DNA from: a virus | Virus record (IMG/VR): IMGVR_UViG_3300032293_001631 | Coordinates: 1 to 64,000 of that record | DNA: 64,000 nt | Reading direction: 5' to 3' (one strand) | Shown: positions 57,163 through 64,000 of the stretch, piece by piece | Layout of the letters: each line of letters opens with the position of its first letter | Position numbering within the stretch: the stretch's first letter is position 1 | The notes under the pieces: model-generated | Databases searched by the model: none | What the model was told of the DNA's origin: nothing | The model's input: the letters and a program-made list of their open reading frames with translations, nothing else | Translations under genes and position numbers: made by a program

Positions 57163-59856
57163 ATGCCACAGATTAATATATTAAACATACTACAAGGAGA
57201 CAGTCAATCTAATATAGTTGATAAAATCAATTATAATTTTGATCAGATCCTCAGTGCTGGGGGTGGACCTCAAGGAGCTCAAGGATTAATAGGTCCAACT
57301 GGACCAATAGGACCTCAAGGTCCTCAGGGGGTTCAAGGAGCTCAAGGACCTTCAGGAACTAAATGGTTTGTACAAGACACATCACCAGCTTCTGGTGGTA
57401 TAACAGGATCTAATCCATTTGGATTCCCAACTTTAGGAGATTATTGGTTAGATCCAGATTCTGCTAATCAGGACATTTATGTATTCGGAACAACCGGATG
57501 GCTCAATAGTGGATATGGATTGGCTTCTGGGCAACTATTTCAAAAGGTTACTCCTATAGATTTAATTGGGGGAGCTACTGGACAAGCAATACTTATTGCA
57601 GGATCTACTGCAGGGGATCAGACTTTGGTTCTTTCTGATTCAACTATAAATGATTATACTCCAGGGGGAAGCGCTATACAGAATCTAAATTTCGAAGATG
57701 CTAAGTTAAAAATAGCTACAAAAGATTCTAGAACTAAATTGATAAGTTTTGGTAGATCCACATTTGATGTGAGTCCATCCGGAACAGGATCTTCTTCTAG
57801 TTCATCTAATCCTTATTTTGCTTGGGATCTTTCAGTTAATCCATCTGGAGCATCAGGTGCTGGTCCTAATTTTTATAATCTGTCTTTTACCAACCCTAAA
57901 GGATCGATCAGTATTAATTCTAATGGAGCTACTGCAGAATCTGGAATTAATATGTTAAGTAGTAGCGAGATAAGTGCACAGTCTACCTCAGATAACATAG
58001 TTCTAAAGACATCTTCAGTAAATAAAGGTACTTTCATAGATGCTAGCTCTAATGGGGGCTTTTTAGAATTGTCAAATAACTCTTCGACGCCTTCAAACCA
58101 ATCTTTTGCACCTCTATTTGCTAATCCAACTGGAGTAGGTATAGGTTTAGGCACTGGACAATTTAAATCAACGGGGGATGATTCTAGAAAATTGGCTGTT
58201 TTAGGAAACACCAGTATTTCTAAAACACAAACGTTACACGCTTCGGATTTTTATATTGGTGACCCTTCTGCAAACAATTACAATAAAGGTATTTTATTTG
58301 TTGAAGGTCATGTTGGTTTTGGATCAACCGGTTCAACAGGGGATTTAATATCGGGTATCTCCACAACAGGAATGGCGGAATCTCAAAATAGATTCCCTCA
58401 ATTATGGGTAACTTCTCCTAATTACGGCCCAGGTGTACAGGTAAGAACGAGAGGAGCTTCCACATATTCTCCTAGAACAGTGATAGGAGATGGTGTTTTT
58501 GATTATGCTCTAGCTGGTGGAGCTACTGCTTTAGCAGGAACTGGTCCTGATATAACACAGGAGTTCTATTCTAATGGATATACATTCCAAGCAGGTCCTT
58601 TAATAAGTTATCAGCATAAACTATCTACTCCAACAAATACAACTGGAGACGCACCAGTTTTTTCGATTACAACGTACACCAACTCGGGTACTTATGGTAG
58701 TAATACAATAAATAGAACTACTATACAGACTAAGAATTCTAACAAGGCTATAGAATTAATGGCTAATGGTACAGGAGGTGAGAACCAGATTAGAATAGGT
58801 GTATCTGAGGAAAGCTTAGTAACCGTCTGGTCAGGAACTGCTGGAGCTCCTAAATTGGGAGGAGTAGCAATAGGGGTTTCTGGATCAAATTCTTCATTCG
58901 GAGCTCCTCTGCAAGGTAATTTAACAGGATCTAGATTTACTAATAATAATTTAGGAACACATAGCTTGGTTGTAACAGGAGTACAAACTATAGGAACTAA
59001 TAATCCTGTTTCTTTAATGAATCCTGGAGCATCTGGAGCTAGTGCATCATTCGGCGGGAATTCGATGCTGAAGATATCCAGAAATTTATATAGCACGACA
59101 ACACCTTTCGGGGTTAAGGGAATAAGCGCAGCTGGAACTTATCCTTTCAACTATACAAACGGGTTAGAGATAACGTCTTTTATTCCTACATCTCCTACGA
59201 CAGTCAAAGGGTCAAATAGATCAGTTGCAATATCCGTTGCAAGCTCTGCCACTATAAGAAACAGCGATGGCTCATCACCGACTTCTCCAGCTACTGGATT
59301 CTACGTTAGTGATACTGGTGAGAATATAGCAATAGGTAGATACATTGATTCTACTGCTGCAATAGGGGTATCAGGAGCTGCAGGTGATCATGCTATAAAA
59401 GCACTTGGTGATGTTGGCATAACTGGTAATTTTAGCGTCGTAGGTAACATATCAGCAACTGGTAATACTATCCTTAATGGTAATACGAATACAACAGGAG
59501 GATCACTAACCATAGGGAACGGAGGTACACCAATATTAAAAACTATTGCAGGATCAGTTACCTGTCCAATTAATGGAACACCGCCTACTATTAACTACGG
59601 AAGCGGATTTACTGCTACTATGGTTGCTTCTGGATTAAATACCGCTAGAGTTAGAATAACATTCAATGTGCCATTTTCTAATGCTAACTTAGTTGCAACT
59701 AGTAATATATTCCTAGGTACTGCTGGACCAACATTACAGTACACAGGATCTGCTGGAAATTACGGAGCTCCTACTACTACCCATTGTGAATTTATTTTTA
59801 GAAATATAGGATCAGGAACAGCAACCCTTAATTTTTTAATTCAACAAGTTGCATAA
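57163..59856 (+). CDS. Tail fibre protein with collagen-like segment
   Basis: N-terminal GDS.S.IVDKINYNF; (Gly-X-Y)10 at 57265-57357; Gly/Ser/Thr-rich beta repeats; C-terminal RITFNVPFSN H-lectin/gp53-like tip. Confidence 0.8.
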   Translation: MPQINILNILQGDSQSNIVDKINYNFDQILSAGGGPQGAQGLIGPTGPIGPQGPQGVQGAQGPSGTKWFVQDTSPASGGITGSNPFGFPTLGDYWLDPDSANQDIYVFGTTGWLNSGYGLASGQLFQKVTPIDLIGGATGQAILIAGSTAGDQTLVLSDSTINDYTPGGSAIQNLNFEDAKLKIATKDSRTKLISFGRSTFDVSPSGTGSSSSSSNPYFAWDLSVNPSGASGAGPNFYNLSFTNPKGSISINSNGATAESGINMLSSSEISAQSTSDNIVLKTSSVNKGTFIDASSNGGFLELSNNSSTPSNQSFAPLFANPTGVGIGLGTGQFKSTGDDSRKLAVLGNTSISKTQTLHASDFYIGDPSANNYNKGILFVEGHVGFGSTGSTGDLISGISTTGMAESQNRFPQLWVTSPNYGPGVQVRTRGASTYSPRTVIGDGVFDYALAGGATALAGTGPDITQEFYSNGYTFQAGPLISYQHKLSTPTNTTGDAPVFSITTYTNSGTYGSNTINRTTIQTKNSNKAIELMANGTGGENQIRIGVSEESLVTVWSGTAGAPKLGGVAIGVSGSNSSFGAPLQGNLTGSRFTNNNLGTHSLVVTGVQTIGTNNPVSLMNPGASGASASFGGNSMLKISRNLYSTTTPFGVKGISAAGTYPFNYTNGLEITSFIPTSPTTVKGSNRSVAISVASSATIRNSDGSSPTSPATGFYVSDTGENIAIGRYIDSTAAIGVSGAAGDHAIKALGDVGITGNFSVVGNISATGNTILNGNTNTTGGSLTIGNGGTPILKTIAGSVTCPINGTPPTINYGSGFTATMVASGLNTARVRITFNVPFSNANLVATSNIFLGTAGPTLQYTGSAGNYGAPTTTHCEFIFRNIGSGTATLNFLIQQVA
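57265..57357 (+). repeat. Collagen-like GPQGAQGLIGPTGPIGPQGPQGVQGAQGPSG
   Basis: 10 uninterrupted Gly-X-Y triplets. Confidence 0.9.
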
Positions 59857-59860
59857 AAAT

Positions 59861-60082
59861 ATGGAAAATAATAAAGACTGGTTCATAAACGAGTATTCAG
59901 AAATACACGATAATCTATCTAAGCTAGAAGAGGAGATAGATGGTCATATTAAAAATAAAATATATCTTTTAGATAAGGGAGAAGTCCTTGAAGGACTTAG
60001 GAAAAGAGCTCAGGAAGAAATTGAGAGACTAAATAAAACAAGAGAAGATGAAAGAAGAATCTTTAATTACAAAGGTATTTAA
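59861..60082 (+). CDS. Small coiled-coil hypothetical protein (start revised to ATG 59861)
   Basis: Charged heptad pattern; ATG lies 4 nt after the fibre stop. Confidence 0.65.
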   Translation: MENNKDWFINEYSEIHDNLSKLEEEIDGHIKNKIYLLDKGEVLEGLRKRAQEEIERLNKTREDERRIFNYKGI

Positions 60083-60845
60083 AAGAAAGGATATTGTATT
60101 GACGATAGGTATAGCAATACTCCTTTTATTGTTGTTTAGACAATGCAATAGCAACGCTGATCTTAAGTCACAGCTGTTTATACAGAATCACAATTTAGAT
60201 GCCTTAAAAGACACTGTTAGGCTTCAGAAGAATAAAGCTGGTGAAGATACCTATGTTAGAAAAACACTATTAGCTTCGAAGAATAATTTAGAGAAACTGA
60301 ACAAGGATCTTGCAGAGGAACTAAAAAAGGTTAAGGGTCAGGTTCTAGTAATACAGAATGTAGAAACTGTAATAGAAACGGATACACAATACGTCAATAA
60401 CTATCTTACTGTATATCCTGATGGCAACTATAGTTTAGATTGGAAATTTGACACTACGTTTTTAGCTAATAACTATCGTAAATTTTCCGGCAATAGTTTC
60501 TTTAAGATCGATACAGTTACAAATAAAGTAACACCAGGGATTACTAGAATAAATCAGGACGAGCTTGGATTTTCTTTCATTACTGGGCTTAGAGAAAAAG
60601 ACAAATCATTGGAGATATTTGTAACACCTAAATATCCAGGTATGAAAATTACTGAGATTGAGGGAGCAATTATAGATCCTCATAAATCTGATGTACTAAA
60701 AAATATGTTTCCTAATAAGAAGTTTTCTGTTGGACCATATGTAGGAATTGGGTTGGGTGCAGGATATGGTATAAATGGTAAGCCTATAGCAGGTGCAATG
60801 TTCAATGTTGGTGTAGGTATACAATATTCTATCATTAAGTTCTAA
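60048..60845 (+). CDS. Membrane-anchored coiled-coil protein with C-terminal beta-hairpin; spanin-like candidate
   Basis: TM IVLTIGIAILLLLLF, coiled coil, C-terminal FSVGPYVGIGLGAGY...FNVGVGIQYSIIKF ending in Phe. Confidence 0.55.
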   Translation: MKEESLITKVFKRKDIVLTIGIAILLLLLFRQCNSNADLKSQLFIQNHNLDALKDTVRLQKNKAGEDTYVRKTLLASKNNLEKLNKDLAEELKKVKGQVLVIQNVETVIETDTQYVNNYLTVYPDGNYSLDWKFDTTFLANNYRKFSGNSFFKIDTVTNKVTPGITRINQDELGFSFITGLREKDKSLEIFVTPKYPGMKITEIEGAIIDPHKSDVLKNMFPNKKFSVGPYVGIGLGAGYGINGKPIAGAMFNVGVGIQYSIIKF

Positions 60846-60847
60846 GG

Positions 60848-60855
60848 GATATATA
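60848..60855 (+). promoter_or_regulatory. GATATATA putative late promoter element
   Basis: In the 14-nt gap, 4 nt upstream of ATG 60860. Confidence 0.55.
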
Positions 60856-60859
60856 AACC

Positions 60860-63184
60860 ATGGCTTATACCTCTACACAAAGATTTGTAAAGTTTGGATC
60901 ATACTTGTTAATGGAGTATGATTACACTACTGCACCAACGCCCGAAATATATTACGTAAACACTGGTGTTCCTGCAGTAGGGTTTGAGAAGATTGTCAAT
61001 GGATACTTTGATAATTCTGTACAGATATTAAATAATCCTTCCTCTGAATCAATAACGGGTAACGTAAGAGATCTTAGTGTTGTTCAGGTAGATAAAAATA
61101 GGTTCGTAACCTTAGACAATGATTATCTTGTGCCCTATTTAGATACGGATCCTAAATTAACATCCGTTAACAATCTACCTGTTGTATTTCCTTCTAACAT
61201 AGGTGTATACTATGACACTATAAAATTTCATATAGTAGCTGGATACAATTTTGGGAATATAGATGGTATAATAATACAGGGACAATTCCAAGAAAGAACC
61301 GGAAAAAAAGCAACAATATTCCAGAGGATAATCACTAAATCTGATACATCATCAACTATATTAAACCCTAATCCTATTTATTTAGGAGGAGCTTTATATG
61401 ACCACTATATAGAGGTTAAGATTCCTGCTTATGCTAATATGGTTTATGAATTTGACATATTAGCAGGAACCCCAGCACAAGCAAATACATTAGCAGCTAA
61501 AATATCTTCTGACGGTAACGGATTCTTAAAGGATGCACCGGTTAGCTTAAGTCTTTATGAAATATCTGCTACAACTTTAAAAAACGGATACGAGAATTAC
61601 ATAGCTCAGGTAAGAAATCAATTATCTGTTATTCCGAAAGATAACTTCTCTTCTTTAGCTGCTGTTATACAGCAGAATCAATTTTATAATTATTTGGAAT
61701 TCTATCCAACTTGGGATGGTAACTTCCTTGAGGATTTTTTGAATGCGGAGGGTAAAGTTGGTAATGTTTACTATGTTGTAAACGAGATAGAGGTAAAAGA
61801 ACAAGTTGGTTTAACATACATTACAACATACAACTTTAGCAATACACAGACTCAGGATTTTAATGCGCCTAATATATTTAGACCTGTTTTAATTAATCCT
61901 CTAACAACATCTTTTGTTGTTAATTATACTATGAGACTTGTAAACAAGGGTAATCAAAATCAGATAATACGAAGATCTTCTTTCTCGTCTTTTGATGTTA
62001 CTAAATACGGTAAAGAAAATAATGTAATATCTCTAACCACTGGTGCTTATTCACAAAAGGTTTATAATAAGGTTGTACAGGCTCCTAATGTTATATCAGG
62101 TGGGCCTTCAATTGCTCCTCCTACACCTATAGAGAAAAGAATACCTGTTTTCTATAAGGATAATAATATTTCTGTAACCAAAGAAACCTTAACTGTAGAC
62201 AAGGATGGAAATATAATATCGGAAACATCCGTACCTGATGCTACTCAGATATATGGACAAGGTAAGGCAAAAATAGTTGTAGATCCCTTTGATAACTTCT
62301 ATAAATTCACAGTGTATAATTATAAAGATGGAACATCTCCCGAGATTATAGATTTAGGAACTTCACTTAGCTATTATATAGTTTTCTTAGATTCATCTGG
62401 ACAAAGTGTAAGAGTAGAGAATATAAAGAACAGAACAACTGTATCTAATCCTTCTGCTGGACAAATAGCATTTAAGGTAGTAGAGACAAATTCTAAAAAA
62501 GTCCTAGGATTTACTTCAAGAGATTTCTATATAGTTTCGAGAACACCAGATGGAGTGGAGACTAAATTGTATTCTGGATCCTGGCAAACACAAGCGGAAT
62601 TTATTGCAAGTACTACAACACCAACTACCGCTACAACCACAACCACAACAACTGGAGTAACTGGAACAGTGGTAAATACAGTGGAAGGAACAAGTACAAC
62701 AGGAACAAGTGTATCATCAATACCGACTACTTCTCAAGGAAATCAAATAGCTTCTAGAGTACCAGTAACCAAATTAATAAAGAAAGTTAAGCCTTATAAT
62801 TTAGGAAGCAGCTCTATACTAAGTGTAAAACCAACATCCGAGTTAAATACTACGGGTGGATTTGTTAGTACTTCTAAGAACAGCGTACCACCTGTGGCAA
62901 AAAGTAGCAACCAGGCCAATAGTATAAACATTGATGCTTTAGCAGATTCTATAGCTGGAAGAGAGGCACAGGGATTAAATGTACAGAAAGTTGTTAATTA
63001 TTATTTTACTCCTGGAGCTCCTGGTAATTCTTTATTTAAAGGAATAAAAGGAAGCCAATTCTTAACTGCAGCTTTACAGATACATCCTAAATTAGAGAAT
63101 GGAGAATTTAATAAAACTTACATCCAATACTGTAATGCTTTAGGATTCCCTGTAACTAATGATCCTGGATCGGTTAAAAAATAA
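60860..63184 (+). CDS. Virion structural protein (774 aa) with Thr-rich linker
   Basis: Structural context; STTTPTTATTTTTTTGVTGT linker near 62610-62735. Confidence 0.6.
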   Translation: MAYTSTQRFVKFGSYLLMEYDYTTAPTPEIYYVNTGVPAVGFEKIVNGYFDNSVQILNNPSSESITGNVRDLSVVQVDKNRFVTLDNDYLVPYLDTDPKLTSVNNLPVVFPSNIGVYYDTIKFHIVAGYNFGNIDGIIIQGQFQERTGKKATIFQRIITKSDTSSTILNPNPIYLGGALYDHYIEVKIPAYANMVYEFDILAGTPAQANTLAAKISSDGNGFLKDAPVSLSLYEISATTLKNGYENYIAQVRNQLSVIPKDNFSSLAAVIQQNQFYNYLEFYPTWDGNFLEDFLNAEGKVGNVYYVVNEIEVKEQVGLTYITTYNFSNTQTQDFNAPNIFRPVLINPLTTSFVVNYTMRLVNKGNQNQIIRRSSFSSFDVTKYGKENNVISLTTGAYSQKVYNKVVQAPNVISGGPSIAPPTPIEKRIPVFYKDNNISVTKETLTVDKDGNIISETSVPDATQIYGQGKAKIVVDPFDNFYKFTVYNYKDGTSPEIIDLGTSLSYYIVFLDSSGQSVRVENIKNRTTVSNPSAGQIAFKVVETNSKKVLGFTSRDFYIVSRTPDGVETKLYSGSWQTQAEFIASTTTPTTATTTTTTTGVTGTVVNTVEGTSTTGTSVSSIPTTSQGNQIASRVPVTKLIKKVKPYNLGSSSILSVKPTSELNTTGGFVSTSKNSVPPVAKSSNQANSINIDALADSIAGREAQGLNVQKVVNYYFTPGAPGNSLFKGIKGSQFLTAALQIHPKLENGEFNKTYIQYCNALGFPVTNDPGSVKK

Positions 63185-63191
63185 AGAGTAA

Positions 63192-63743
63192 ATGATTTTA
63201 AACGCAAGGCAGAATGGATTTATTTTCAATTTTCCAAAGGGATTTATTATTCCCGAGGTAGTTGAAAAATATGAGAAGTATATTAATAGAATGCCTATAC
63301 CGTATGATACTGTAGACAGCTTTATAAATTCTACAATACAGCAGGTTAATTTTCCTACTCTTAGAACTATTGATACAGTGGAACAAGTTAGACCTGGAGG
63401 TTTCAGACAATCTTACAAAAGTGCTACTACTTTACAGAACTTAATACAGAGAGATTTTACTGTTACCTTTAAACTTGGAGAGGGCTTTATAAACTATTGG
63501 GTCCTTTATGAGAACATAATAAAATTCCTAGATTTCCAAAACCCTAATGAATATCTTCCTGATTTTAGACTATTGCTTTTAGATAACGATGGGATCGTAA
63601 TGACTAGTGTTCTTTTACAACAGCCGATATATACATCACTGTCGGAGATACAATTGAACTATGCAAGCACTACTCCTCAGTTTTCAACCTTTAGTATAGG
63701 ATTTAAATGCAATTACGTTGATGTTAAACTTGAAATCGGATAA
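63192..63743 (+). CDS. Tail tube-fold protein (gp19/gp3-like tube or terminator)
   Basis: 183 aa; TIQQVNFP...DFTVTFKLGEGFINYWVLYE...LLLLDNDG...TSLSEIQLNY...FSTFSIGF pattern of T4 gp3/gp19-like proteins. Confidence 0.6.
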   Translation: MILNARQNGFIFNFPKGFIIPEVVEKYEKYINRMPIPYDTVDSFINSTIQQVNFPTLRTIDTVEQVRPGGFRQSYKSATTLQNLIQRDFTVTFKLGEGFINYWVLYENIIKFLDFQNPNEYLPDFRLLLLDNDGIVMTSVLLQQPIYTSLSEIQLNYASTTPQFSTFSIGFKCNYVDVKLEIG

Positions 63744-64000
63744 GATAATAGGAGTTGATTTTTCCCTTAATTCCCCTGGATTTTGTATTTTAGAAAAAGA
63801 TAAATGTAGATGGATAAGTCTTCATAGGACAACTAATATTATAGATAAGATGTTTAAGAAGGATGGATCTCCTTTTAACGTCTTAAACGACAATAAATGG
63901 GTCGATATAAACATAATTCCTAAGAAGGAATTCAATGGTGAGTATCACGAAAAGGAAAGGGATAAAATAATAAATGCTATATACTTTTCAGATTTTGCTA
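63721..64000 (+). CDS. RuvC-like / RNase H-fold nuclease, 3'-truncated (not in ORF track)
   Basis: Manual translation MLNLKSDKIIGVDFSLNSPGFCIL... shows the IIGVD.S...PG first catalytic strand; open to the window end. Confidence 0.7.
   Translation, partial: MLNLKSDKIIGVDFSLNSPGFCILEKDKCRWISLHRTTNIIDKMFKKDGSPFNVLNDNKWVDINIIPKKEFNGEYHEKERDKIINAIYFSDFA

Noticed and set aside
617-63410. Numerous short ORFs overlapping long genes, mostly on the opposite strand (e.g. 617..1003, 1881..2165, 26739..27359, 31601..32086, 58692..59096)
   Set aside because: They overlap convincing genes almost entirely, have no recognisable motifs, and have the composition expected of shadow frames.
18839-63743. T6SS or extracellular contractile injection system rather than a phage
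   Set aside because: A gp13-like head-tail neck protein, fibres, phoH, a RuvC-like gene and capsid-targeting-like leaders point to a tailed phage.
1-64000. Eukaryotic giant virus (NCLDV) origin suggested by the glycan genes
   Set aside because: T4-like baseplate and neck genes, bacterial-type bS1 and overlapping operonic gene packing argue for a bacteriophage.
1-64000. Stop-codon reassignment (TAG/TGA) as in some huge phages
   Set aside because: The standard code gives long intact ORFs, and TAG/TGA stops are followed closely by new starts (e.g. 3845, 8256, 37340).
1-64000. tRNA, rRNA, introns or inteins
   Set aside because: Intergenic gaps are short (the longest, 3077-3221, is about 145 nt), with no cloverleaf seen and no intein or homing-endonuclease motifs noticed. 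tRNAscan and Infernal were not run.

Overview
An AT-rich, densely coding 64-kb segment of a large myophage (T4-like tail architecture, probably a jumbo/mega phage). It reads with the standard genetic code. Several clues suggest a Bacteroidota host: a SIS-only KdsD, the bS1 sequence style, Reg_prop/SBBP propellers, and A-rich start contexts without Shine-Dalgarno sites. Layout: (1) 1-2.4 kb, small genes whose N-termini resemble the T4 capsid-targeting sequence, including an extremely acidic protein missed by the ORF track. (2) 3.2-16.9 kb, a 19-gene glycan operon: about 11 glycosyltransferase-like genes including a GT10 fucosyltransferase, 4 SAM methyltransferases, gmd+fcl (GDP-fucose) and kdsD+kdsA (Kdo-8-P). 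(3) 17-18.8 kb, small genes including a Nudix hydrolase. (4) 18.8-63.7 kb, a tail/baseplate/neck/fibre module (gp53-, gp27-, gp5-, gp13-, gp25-, gp6- and gp7-like genes, a collagen fibre and a tube-fold protein). A ribosomal protein S1, a degenerate amidoligase, an antisense phoH and a spanin-like protein sit inside this module. (5) A truncated RuvC-like gene at the end. Two recurrent intergenic motifs, GATATATA and GAAAYT-N17-TANAA, look like two phage promoter classes. The best candidate for an undescribed system is phage-encoded virion glycosylation: the fucose/Kdo/O-methyl glycan operon plus G-x-[S/T]-G and Ser/Thr-rich acceptor-like tracts in fibre and spike proteins. A second candidate is a short-leader late-transcript plus phage bS1 translation arrangement. 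All family calls come from motif recognition by eye; no database searches were run.
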